DNA of 36,150 nucleotides, taken from contig JAGYMX010000002.1 in NCBI GenBank assembly GCA_018400405.1, forward strand, positions 1 through 36,150, given 5' to 3'. The notes below the pieces were generated by a model. That model had not been told where the DNA came from and did not search any database. It saw nothing but the letters and a program-made list of their open reading frames with translations. The DNA is from a bacterium (GTDB taxonomy: Bacteria > Patescibacteriota > Minisyncoccia > Minisyncoccales > PWPS01). Position numbers and translations under genes: made by a program. This document shows positions 8,410 to 16,503 of the stretch, piece after piece (the stretch's first letter is position 1; the number at the start of each line of letters is the position of its first letter).

Positions 8410-9708
8410 ATGGATATTAAAGGATTTACTTCTGCAATTTCTCAGATTGCAACAGAAAAAGAGATACCTCAAGAAAAAGTAGTAGACATTATAGAACAGG
8501 CCGTTGCTACCGCTTATAAAAAGGAATACCGAGAAAAGGGGGAAGTAGTAAAAGCAAAGATTGATGCAAAAACAGGAGAGGCACATTTTTGGTTGGTAAA
8601 AACAGTGGTAGATGAAAACACGGCTGTTTTTTCTGATGAAGATGGAGAAACAGAAGAAGAGCAAGAAGTAGAAGAAGGAAAAGTAAGGTACAACCCAAAG
8701 CGACATATGACCCTTGAAGAAGCAAAAAAGATAAAGAAAGATGTAAAAACAGGAGAAGAGATAGAGACTCCATTAGAAGTAAAAGAAAGTTTTGGAAGAA
8801 TTGCTGCCCAAACAGCAAAACAAGTAATTTTGCAAAAAATAAAAGAGACAGAAAGAGAGTTGATTTTTGCAGAGTATAAAGAAAAAGAAGGGGATGTTCT
8901 TTCTGGAATAGTACAAAGAATAGAAGGGAGAAATGTTCTTATGGATATCGGAAAAATATTAGGTGTACTCCATAAAGAAGAACAGATCCCAGGAGAGTCG
9001 TATCGTCCGGGACAAAGATACAAAGTGTATGTTTTAAGTGTAGAAGAAAGTTCAAAGGGTCCGAATGTGGTTCTTTCTCGTGCTTTTCCGAAACTTGTTT
9101 CTAAGCTTTTTGAGCTGGAGGTTCCTGAAATTGCTGCCGAAACAGTAGAAATTAAATCAATTGCTCGAGAGCCAGGGTCAAGAACAAAAATTGCCGTGTA
9201 CTCTGAAGAAGAAGGAGTAGATCCAGTAGGAACTGCTGTTGGGCAAAGAGGGACGCGAGTGGGAGCAATTATTTCTGAGCTAGGAGGAGAAAAAATAGAT
9301 ATAGTAGAGTATTTGGAAAAACCAGAAGACTTTATTAGAAACGCACTCTCTCCTGCAAAGATTTCTGACGTAGAAATAAAAGATGGACGAGCAGTTGTAA
9401 CTGTGCCTGATGATCAACTTTCTCTTGCTATTGGAAAAGAAGGGCAGAATGTGCGTCTTGCAGCGAAGCTTACTGGCTGGAGAATAGACGTAAAAGCAAT
9501 TGGAAAAGAGAAAATAGAAGAAACAGCGGAGGTTAATGACGTAGATAAAAAAGAAACGGAAAAAAATAAAGAAACTCAAGATGGAGAGAAAGAGCTTTCG
9601 AAAAACGAAGAAAATAAAGAAGACAGCAGAAAAGAGAAAAATTCTACAGAAAAAGAAACGGAAGAAAAAAATCTTGAAGAAAACTCAAAAAAAGAAAAAG
9701 AAGATTAG
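8410..9708 (+). CDS. nusA: Transcription termination factor NusA (acidic C-terminal tail)
   Basis: [18 protein letters not shown]1 domain, [36 protein letters not shown]. Confidence 0.97.
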   Translation: MDIKGFTSAISQIATEKEIPQEKVVDIIEQAVATAYKKEYREKGEVVKAKIDAKTGEAHFWLVKTVVDENTAVFSDEDGETEEEQEVEEGKVRYNPKRHMTLEEAKKIKKDVKTGEEIETPLEVKESFGRIAAQTAKQVILQKIKETERELIFAEYKEKEGDVLSGIVQRIEGRNVLMDIGKILGVLHKEEQIPGESYRPGQRYKVYVLSVEESSKGPNVVLSRAFPKLVSKLFELEVPEIAAETVEIKSIAREPGSRTKIAVYSEEEGVDPVGTAVGQRGTRVGAIISELGGEKIDIVEYLEKPEDFIRNALSPAKISDVEIKDGRAVVTVPDDQLSLAIGKEGQNVRLAAKLTGWRIDVKAIGKEKIEETAEVNDVDKKETEKNKETQDGEKELSKNEENKEDSRKEKNSTEKETEEKNLEENSKKEKED

Positions 9709-9731
9709 TTAAAAATTTAAAATCTAAAAAT

Positions 9732-10322
9732 ATGACACTAATTCCAACAGTAATAGAAAAAACTCAGTATGGAGAGCGAGCCTACGATATATACTCTCGT
9801 CTCTTAAAAGAAAGAATTATTTTTTTAGGAACGCCAATTAATGATGGCGTTGCTAATGCAATAATTGCGCAGATGCTTTTTTTGGCGAGTCAAAGTTCGC
9901 AAAAAGATATTCGGCTTTATATCAACAGTCCTGGAGGGGTAGTTACCGCAGGAATGGCCATTTACGATACGATGCAGTATGTAAGATGTGACGTTTCTAC
10001 AGTTTGTGTAGGAATGGCCGGTTCAATGGCCGCTGTGCTTCTTGCGACGGGTACACCAAAAAAAAGATTTGCACTTCCAAACTCAGAAATTCTTCTTCAC
10101 CAAGTAATGGGAGGAGCACAAGGAGCGGCTTCAGAGATAGAGATAACAGCAAAGCAGATCTTAAAAATTAAAGACAGAATAAACAATATTCTTTCTGCAC
10201 ACACCAAGCAACCCTTAAAAAAGATACAAAAAGATACGGACAGGGATTTTTATCTTTCTGCCAAGGAAGCGAAAGATTATGGAGTTATTGATGAAGTAAT
10301 CACAGAAAAGAAAAGAATATAA
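9732..10322 (+). CDS. clpP: ATP-dependent Clp protease proteolytic subunit
   Basis: [25 protein letters not shown], catalytic S (MAGSMAA), H (ILLHQ), DTDRD. Confidence 0.97.
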   Translation: MTLIPTVIEKTQYGERAYDIYSRLLKERIIFLGTPINDGVANAIIAQMLFLASQSSQKDIRLYINSPGGVVTAGMAIYDTMQYVRCDVSTVCVGMAGSMAAVLLATGTPKKRFALPNSEILLHQVMGGAQGAASEIEITAKQILKIKDRINNILSAHTKQPLKKIQKDTDRDFYLSAKEAKDYGVIDEVITEKKRI

Positions 10323-10357
10323 GCAACTCTCTTTTTTATTTTAAGAAAAACTCTTTT

Positions 10358-10386
10358 TTGACAAAGTTTCTTCTTTCTGATATATT
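10358..10386 (+). promoter_or_regulatory. sigma70 promoter upstream of the structured RNA / rny
   Basis: TTGACA-N17-TATATT with TG extended -10. Confidence 0.75.
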
Positions 10387-10410
10387 AAAAAACAGTTAAA
10401 CAATTAACCT

Positions 10411-10653
10411 TTGGGCTTGAAATCTGTAAATATCTTATGTCCGAGCAAAAAAAAGAAACTTTTAGCGTAGCTTATTATCCGAAAGTAGAAAATAATCTCA
10501 CTAAAAAAATAAAGCCAAAAAAAGCTGTTTTGAATGAAAATAGTCATTTTTTGCGGTTGTAAGAAACTCTAGTTTCTTTTTCTAAAGAGATTTTTTAGAA
10601 AAAGAAATACCGAAGCATTCGGACAAAAGGTTTATGGTATTTCAAGCTACCAA
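10411..10653 (+). ncRNA. Putative structured ncRNA, 6S RNA-like or rny leader
   Basis: 5' arm TTGGGCTTGAAATCTGTAAA...TGTCCGA is complementary to 3' arm TCGGACA...TTTATGGTATTTCAAGCTACCAA; internal perfect 14-bp hairpin 10573-10607; no ORF of 60 aa or more in the 340-nt gap. Confidence 0.55.
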
Positions 10654-10662
10654 AATTTTGAT

Positions 10663-12192
10663 ATGGAACAGATAATTTTACTCATAACAGGAACTATCTC
10701 TTTAGTTGTTGGTGCAGTTTTGGGATATTTTGCGAGACAATCAATTGCAAAAAGAGATTACAAAGCGTTAGAAACAAAAGTACAGAGTCGGATTGATTAT
10801 GCAAAAAAGAAAAGTAAGGAGATAATTATTGAAGCGAAAAAAAAATACGCGGAAATAATAGAGACAGGAAGAAAAGAAACGGAAGAAAAAAATGAAGAGC
10901 TTTTCAAAAGAGAGAAGTTTCTTTTAAAAAGAGAAAATACATTAGATCAGAGAATTTCGGATTACGAAAGAAAAGAAAAAATCTTTAACCAGAGAGTGAA
11001 AAGGTTAAGGGAGCTAAAAGAGGAGATGGATGAAATAAAAAAGAAAGCGGAAGAGGAACTTATGAAAGTTGCCGGACTCTCTAAAGAAGAAGCAAAAGAA
11101 GAACTTTATAACGTGCTCGAAAAAGAGTACGAGATGGATATTTTAGAAAGGATAAATAAGCTTGAGAAAGAAGGAGAAGAAAGATATTTAAGTAGAGCAA
11201 AGGAGATACTTTCTTCTGTTATCCAAAAATACTCTTCTTCTCAAGTTCAAGATTTGACAACAACAAATGTTAGTTTACCCGATGATGATATTAAAGGAAG
11301 AATTATTGGAAAAGAAGGAAGAAATATTAAAACTTTAGAAAAACTTACAGGAGCAGAGGTTGTTGTGGATGATACACCAGGTGTAGTGATTATTTCTAGT
11401 TTTGATCCTATAAGAAGGCAGATAGCAAAAACAGCTCTAGAAAAGCTTATTTTTGATGGAAGGATTCAGCCAGCAAGAATTGAAGAGATGGTAGAACGGG
11501 CAGAAGAAGATATTTCTGATGAAATAAAGAAGGCGGGAGAAGGCGCTGTTTATGAAACAGGAATTATTGATCTTGACCCAAAAGTAGTAAATCTTTTAGG
11601 GCGACTTCGTTTCCGTTCAAGTTACGGACAAAATGTTTTAAATCACTCTTTGGAGGTGTGTTTCTTGGCGGAAGCTCTTGCTGCAGAGATAGGAGCAGAT
11701 ACCTCTGTTTGTAAAAAAGCAGGCCTTTTACATGATATAGGGAAGGCTCTTGATCATCAGGTAGAAGGATCTCATGTGGATATTGGGATGAGAGTTCTAC
11801 AAAAGTTTGGGGTTGAAGAAGAAGTAATTAATGCGATGAAGTCGCATCACGAAGAATACCCCTATGAAAGCATAGAAGCAGTAATTGTACAGACCGCAGA
11901 TGCGATCTCTGGAGGAAGACCGGGAGCAAGAAAAGACACCTTAGAAAACTATCTAAAAAGGTTGGGAGAACTAGAAGAGGTGGCAAACTCTTTCTCTGGA
12001 GTAGAAAAAACTTATGCGATTCAAGCAGGAAGAGAAGTAAGAGTTTTTGTGAGACCAGAAGAAATTGGTGATTTAGAGGCAAAAAAAATGGCACGAGAAA
12101 TAGCAAAAAGAATACAGTCCGAACTAAAGTATCCAGGAGAGATAAAGATAACCCTTATAAGAGAAAGTAGGGTTATTGAGTATGCAAAATAA
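10663..12192 (+). CDS. rny: Ribonuclease Y
   Basis: N-terminal TM helix, coiled coil, KH (KGRIIGKEGRNI), HD (LLHDIGKA), YAIQAGREVRV. Confidence 0.97.
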   Translation: MEQIILLITGTISLVVGAVLGYFARQSIAKRDYKALETKVQSRIDYAKKKSKEIIIEAKKKYAEIIETGRKETEEKNEELFKREKFLLKRENTLDQRISDYERKEKIFNQRVKRLRELKEEMDEIKKKAEEELMKVAGLSKEEAKEELYNVLEKEYEMDILERINKLEKEGEERYLSRAKEILSSVIQKYSSSQVQDLTTTNVSLPDDDIKGRIIGKEGRNIKTLEKLTGAEVVVDDTPGVVIISSFDPIRRQIAKTALEKLIFDGRIQPARIEEMVERAEEDISDEIKKAGEGAVYETGIIDLDPKVVNLLGRLRFRSSYGQNVLNHSLEVCFLAEALAAEIGADTSVCKKAGLLHDIGKALDHQVEGSHVDIGMRVLQKFGVEEEVINAMKSHHEEYPYESIEAVIVQTADAISGGRPGARKDTLENYLKRLGELEEVANSFSGVEKTYAIQAGREVRVFVRPEEIGDLEAKKMAREIAKRIQSELKYPGEIKITLIRESRVIEYAK

Positions 12193-12210
12193 AGAGCTAA
12201 AAAAAGAAAG

Positions 12211-12243
12211 AAAAACACCGTCAAAACAGACGGTGTTTTTTTT
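12211..12243. terminator. Bidirectional intrinsic terminator between rny and tRNA-Gly
   Basis: AAAAACACCGTC-AAAACA-GACGGTGTTTTTTTT between convergent genes. Confidence 0.85.
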
Positions 12244-12244
12244 G

Positions 12245-12316
12245 AGCGGGCGATGGGAATCGAACCCACATCACGACCTTGGAAGGGTCGGGTAATAGCC
12301 TTTATACCACGCCCGC
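12245..12316 (-). tRNA. tRNA-Gly(TCC)
   Basis: Reverse complement GCGGGCGTGGTATAAAGGCTATTACC-CGACC CT TCC AA GGTCG-TGATGTGGGTTCGATTCCCATCGCCCGCT; no complete CCA. Confidence 0.94.
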
Positions 12317-12365
12317 GACGTGTATATTTTATAACAAAATCTTTATAAGGCAAGATGTCAAAAAT

Positions 12366-12436
12366 TCGGAGAGCCGGGATTCGAACCCGAACTACATCCT
12401 CCCAAAGGATGCGTGCTGCCGTTACACCACTCTCCG
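12366..12436 (-). tRNA. tRNA-Pro(TGG)
   Basis: Reverse complement CGGAGAGTGGTGTAACGGCAGCACG-CATCC TT TGG GA GGATG-TAGTTCGGGTTCGAATCCCGGCTCTCCGA; no CCA. Confidence 0.94.
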
Positions 12437-12537
12437 GAACTATTTACAAAAAGAATTATAGCAGATATTTATTTTTACTAAAAGGAAGTTTAAAATTTAT
12501 TGGCAAGGAATGGGCGATGTGATAAGATGATCTTAAT

Positions 12538-13473
12538 ATGAAAAGAGAAAAACTTCTTCTTTTTGATACAAACTCTATTATCCATCGTGCTTTTCACGCG
12601 TTACCTCCCTTAAAAGATAGTGAGGGCAATCCAGCAGGAGCACTTTACGGATCGCTTCTCGCGTTTTTTAAGATTCTTCAAGAAATTAATCCTTGCTATG
12701 TGGCTGTTGCTTTTGATTCTCCCGGAAAAACTTTTCGCCACAAAAAATATAAAGAATATAAAGCCAACCGACCGAAAGCGCCGGAAGAATTGATATCCCA
12801 AATTAAAAAAACAAAAGAAGTTTTTGCAAAAATAGGGGTAAAAGTTTTTTCCAAAGAAGGATTAGAGGCGGATGATATTGTCGGTGCGATTTCTTATCAA
12901 GCTCCTCAAGAAATTGAAACAGTAATTGTTACTGGAGATGCTGATATTCTTCAGCTTGTCAATGAAAAAACAAAAGTATATACTTTAAAAAGAGGAGTAA
13001 AAGAGACTGTTCTTTATGATAAAGAAAGGGTGAAAGAAAAGTACGAAGGAGTTGGTCCGGAAAAAATAATAGAGATAAAGTCGCTTCAAGGCGACCCTTC
13101 AGACAATATTCCGGGAGTTAAGGGGGTAGGTAAAAAAACAGCAGTAAAGCTTATTAGGGAGTTTAAGAATTTGGAAAATCTTTATATCTCTCTTGAAGAT
13201 GGAAAGTGTGATTCTTTCTCTGAAGGATTAAAAAAGAAACTTTTGATGGGCAAGAAATCAGCATTTCTTAGCAGGGAGTTGGCAGAAATAAAAAAAACAG
13301 ATTTTTTAAAAGTTGATTTCTCAGAGCTCTTTTTTGAAAAAGACAATGTAAAGATAAAAAATATTTTGGAAGAACTTGGGTTTTCAAGTGTCGCAAAAAG
13401 ATTTTCGGCGGAAAATTTTTTAGAAAAGAAAACATCTCACGAGAAAGAAAAAAATTTGAAATTTAATTTTTAG
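12538..13473 (+). CDS. Stand-alone 5'-3' exonuclease / flap endonuclease (DNA polymerase I N-terminal domain)
   Basis: D.NSIIHRAFHALPPL, FRH..Y.EYKANR, EADD, TGDAD, GDPSDNIPGVKGVG.KTA (H3TH); ends at 311 aa with no polymerase domain. Confidence 0.92.
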   Translation: MKREKLLLFDTNSIIHRAFHALPPLKDSEGNPAGALYGSLLAFFKILQEINPCYVAVAFDSPGKTFRHKKYKEYKANRPKAPEELISQIKKTKEVFAKIGVKVFSKEGLEADDIVGAISYQAPQEIETVIVTGDADILQLVNEKTKVYTLKRGVKETVLYDKERVKEKYEGVGPEKIIEIKSLQGDPSDNIPGVKGVGKKTAVKLIREFKNLENLYISLEDGKCDSFSEGLKKKLLMGKKSAFLSRELAEIKKTDFLKVDFSELFFEKDNVKIKNILEELGFSSVAKRFSAENFLEKKTSHEKEKNLKFNF

Positions 13474-13483
13474 GAAGAAGCAA

Positions 13484-14089
13484 TTGATGTATTACAATAT
13501 AAATAAAGAGACAATAAGTGCGATGATGAGTGTTCCTGGAGAGGTGCGAGGAAGTGTTCTGAAAAAGGATGAAAGTTACATACTGATGAAAGAAGGAGAG
13601 AGGAAGTTAAAAGAAGTAGAAAAAGAGATAAAGGAGATGGGGTGTGCCTTTTCTTATAAAGATATAAAGAACAGTAGTTTTTATCCTTGGGGGGAAAGAG
13701 TTCTTTCTCTTTTGGCGATAAGTATGGTGCTTAATATGGACAAAGAAAAAATAAAAGAAATGGGAAGATGTGCAGTAGAAGACACCTTTTTTGCGCGTTT
13801 TTTTATGCGCTACTTTCTTTCTCTTGAAAGTGTTTTTCAAAAAGTTTCTCGGATGTGGAGGAAGAGAAATACTATTGGAAGATTAGAGGTGGAAGAGATA
13901 GATAAAAAAAGAAGAAAAGTTGTTCTTCATCTTTATAATCTAAATTTTCACCCTATTTTTTGTGATTATCTTTGTGGATATTTTTCAAAAATTGGAAGTG
14001 TGGCACAAGGAAAAGAAGTGACCTGCAAAGAAGAAAGGTGCTATTTTAAGGGAGAAAGTCCCTTTCACGAGTTTATCTTAAGATGGTAA
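13484..14089 (+). CDS. V4R/H-NOX-like putative ligand-binding protein, paralog 1
   Basis: Family motifs GEVRG, FYP, KEMG, FFMRYFLS, W....G.LE, HPIFCDYLCGYF, E.RC...GES.FHEF..RW; the C-terminus resembles V4R. Start may be ATG 13487. Confidence 0.6.
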   Translation: MMYYNINKETISAMMSVPGEVRGSVLKKDESYILMKEGERKLKEVEKEIKEMGCAFSYKDIKNSSFYPWGERVLSLLAISMVLNMDKEKIKEMGRCAVEDTFFARFFMRYFLSLESVFQKVSRMWRKRNTIGRLEVEEIDKKRRKVVLHLYNLNFHPIFCDYLCGYFSKIGSVAQGKEVTCKEERCYFKGESPFHEFILRW

Positions 14090-14688
14090 ATATGACCTAT
14101 AACATAACAAAAGAAGAAGAAAAAAAAATAAAAAATATAAAAGGAGAAGTACGTGGAGCAGTGTTTTTAACAGACAAAAGTTTTATTTTGCAAAAAGGGG
14201 GTGAAGCAAAACTTAAGCAGGTAGAGGAAGAGCTTGCAAAGAATGGCTTTCCAATTTTTTTTGAAAATATACGAGCAATGGAATTTTTTCCCTATCCTGC
14301 AAGAATTTTTTCTATTATTGTTACAGAAAAAGTATTAGATCTTGGGAGAGAGGGAGTAAAGGAAATGGGGATAAATGCTCCAAAGATGTCTTTTTTGATA
14401 AAGTTTTTTACAAATTATTTTTTATCTATCAGTAAAACATTAGAAAAAACGGGAGAGATATGGAGTAAACACGCTACTACTGGCACAGTAAAGCTGCTTG
14501 AGGTTAATGAAGAAGAAAAGTACGCAGTTTTTACTTTTCAAGGTGTTTATTTCCCAGAAATTTACTGTGATTATCTTACAGCATACCTTGGAAAAATTAT
14601 ATCCATGGCGCTTGGAGCTAAAAAAGAAGCAAGAACAGAGTGGAAAACAGAAAGCGAAGAAAATTATAGAGTAAAAGTATCTTGGTAA
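14083..14688 (+). CDS. V4R/H-NOX-like protein, paralog 2 (degenerate C-terminus)
   Basis: Same motifs (GEVRG, FFP, KEMG..APK, WSKH..TG, IYCDYL) but lacks the terminal C...H. Start may be ATG 14092. Confidence 0.6.
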   Translation: MVNMTYNITKEEEKKIKNIKGEVRGAVFLTDKSFILQKGGEAKLKQVEEELAKNGFPIFFENIRAMEFFPYPARIFSIIVTEKVLDLGREGVKEMGINAPKMSFLIKFFTNYFLSISKTLEKTGEIWSKHATTGTVKLLEVNEEEKYAVFTFQGVYFPEIYCDYLTAYLGKIISMALGAKKEARTEWKTESEENYRVKVSW

Positions 14689-14692
14689 AAAA

Positions 14693-15310
14693 ATGGTTTA
14701 TGAAAACGAAAAAAATTTAGAAAGAGTAAAAAACATAAAAGGAGAAGTCCGAGGGGTTACTTTAAAAACTGACGAGTATTACGTATTAAAAAAAGAAGGC
14801 GAAGAAACATTAGAGAACGTAAAAAAGGAGCTGGAAAGATTAGGTGCGGGTTTTTGCTATGAAGATTTAGATAAGATGAACTTTTATCCGATATCTTTTC
14901 GTATTTTTTCTCTTCTGGCAATAAGCAAAGTGCTACAGTATGAAAGAGAAGATATAAAAGAAATGGGGAAGGCAGCACCAAGGGTCTCTTTTCTTATAAA
15001 GTTTTTTACAAAATATTTTCTTTCTTCGGGAGAAACACTTAAAAAAGTAACAGAGATGTGGGAAAAACATTATACAGAAGGAAAGATAGAGGCAGTAGAA
15101 GTAAAAGAAGACGAAGGAAGGGCAATTTTTCGTCTTCATGAAGCTAACTTTCATCCTATCTTGTGCGATTATCTTTTAGGTTATTTTTCTTCTATTGTTT
15201 CTATGGTTGTTGGAGAAAAAACAAAAGAAGAAGAAAGAAAATGTTTTTTCCGAGGAGATAAGTACCACGAGTTTTACATAACATGGAAACCGTCAAAAGG
15301 AAAAAACTAA
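14693..15310 (+). CDS. V4R/H-NOX-like protein, paralog 3
   Basis: GEVRG..LKTD, NFYP, KEMGKAAPR, WEKHYTEG, HPILCDYLLGYF, ERKCFFRGDKYHEF. Confidence 0.6.
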   Translation: MVYENEKNLERVKNIKGEVRGVTLKTDEYYVLKKEGEETLENVKKELERLGAGFCYEDLDKMNFYPISFRIFSLLAISKVLQYEREDIKEMGKAAPRVSFLIKFFTKYFLSSGETLKKVTEMWEKHYTEGKIEAVEVKEDEGRAIFRLHEANFHPILCDYLLGYFSSIVSMVVGEKTKEEERKCFFRGDKYHEFYITWKPSKGKN

Positions 15311-15344
15311 AATTTTATAGTTATAAAAATTAAAAAACAAAGAT

Positions 15345-15947
15345 ATGACCTATCAAATAACAGATGAAGAAATTAATAAAATATTAAGTGCAAAAGGAGA
15401 AGTCCGGGGAGTAGTTTTTAAGACCGATAGACATTTTATTATAAATAGAGCAGGAGAAGATGGGTTAAAAAAAGTAGAAGAAGAATTAAAAAAAATGAAC
15501 TGTTCTTTTGACTACGAAGAAGAAGCAGACAACATGAGTTTTTATCCTATCGGTATGCGTGCAATGTCTATTATTGCCATCAGTAAAGCATTTAACCTTG
15601 ATAGAGAGGGAGTAAAGGAGATGGGGTTCCAAGCTCCGAAATTTTCTCTTATGATAAAGTTTTTTATGCGCTACTTTCTTTCTGCAGAAAAAATTATGGA
15701 GAAGGCGGGAGAGATGTGGAAGAAACACTACACCGTGGGGAAGTTAGAATCTGTAGAATTGAATATGGAAGAAAAGATTTTACGTGCACATCTTTATGAT
15801 ATTGATCTCCACCCTATTTTTTGTGATTATCTTTGTGGATATTTTGGATCTGTGATTAAAATGGGTGTAGGAGAAGATGTAAAAAGTGAAGAAGAAAAAT
15901 GTATTCATCAAGGAGACGAGTATCATGAGTTTGTAATAAGATGGTAG
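15345..15947 (+). CDS. V4R/H-NOX-like protein, paralog 4
   Basis: GEVRGVVFKTD, SFYP, KEMG..APK, WKKHYTVG, HPIFCDYLCGYF, EEKCIHQGDEYHEFVIRW. Confidence 0.6.
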   Translation: MTYQITDEEINKILSAKGEVRGVVFKTDRHFIINRAGEDGLKKVEEELKKMNCSFDYEEEADNMSFYPIGMRAMSIIAISKAFNLDREGVKEMGFQAPKFSLMIKFFMRYFLSAEKIMEKAGEMWKKHYTVGKLESVELNMEEKILRAHLYDIDLHPIFCDYLCGYFGSVIKMGVGEDVKSEEEKCIHQGDEYHEFVIRW

Positions 15948-16501
15948 AAAAAGAAGAAAAAATAAAAACCCTTTCCGAGGACATAGCTTTACTTGAAAGC
16001 TATATTGAGGATTTGTTTTCCTTTACCCCTCTTCCACTGTGTTTTGTTAATCCGAAAGGAATGGTTTTAGAAGTTAATCCTGCTTTTATGAAGGTGACTG
16101 GGTATAACGAGTATGACGTTATCGGAGAAAGCTTGTTTTCTTTTATGGAAAAAGAAGACGCAGAAAACATACTAAAAGAAGCAATAGAAAAAGATATTGT
16201 TGAAGGAAAAGAAACGAAGATAAAAACAAAAGAGGAAGAGTATATTCCTGTTACCGCTTTTGCAAAAAGACGGAAAGTAAAAGGCGAAGGAGTAAACGGA
16301 GCGTTTTTTTCTTTTTTCGATCTTGCGGAAATAAAGAAAAAAGAGGAGGAGGTAAAAAAAACGAATAAAAAATTAGAGGAAAAAATAGAAGAGATGGAAA
16401 AGATAAACAGATTGACGATAGGAAGAGAACTTAAAATGGTAGAATTAAAAGAAAAAATAGAAAAATTAGAAAAAGAGCTAAAGAATTATAAAAAGAGTTA
16501 A
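15941..16501 (+). CDS. PAS domain protein with C-terminal coiled coil
   Basis: PAS S-box (VNP.G.VLEVNPAFMKVTGY...DVIG), FFDL end-of-PAS, coiled coil ending GRELKMVELKEKI; no catalytic domain. Confidence 0.82.
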   Translation: MVEKEEKIKTLSEDIALLESYIEDLFSFTPLPLCFVNPKGMVLEVNPAFMKVTGYNEYDVIGESLFSFMEKEDAENILKEAIEKDIVEGKETKIKTKEEEYIPVTAFAKRRKVKGEGVNGAFFSFFDLAEIKKKEEEVKKTNKKLEEKIEEMEKINRLTIGRELKMVELKEKIEKLEKELKNYKKS

Positions 16502-16503
16502 GA

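Noticed and set aside
13799..15845. Possible DGR template/variable repeat or CRISPR-like repeats in the paralog array
   Set aside because: The repeats are short, exact and in-frame, without adenine-specific mismatches or regular spacers; no reverse transcriptase or cas gene in the window.
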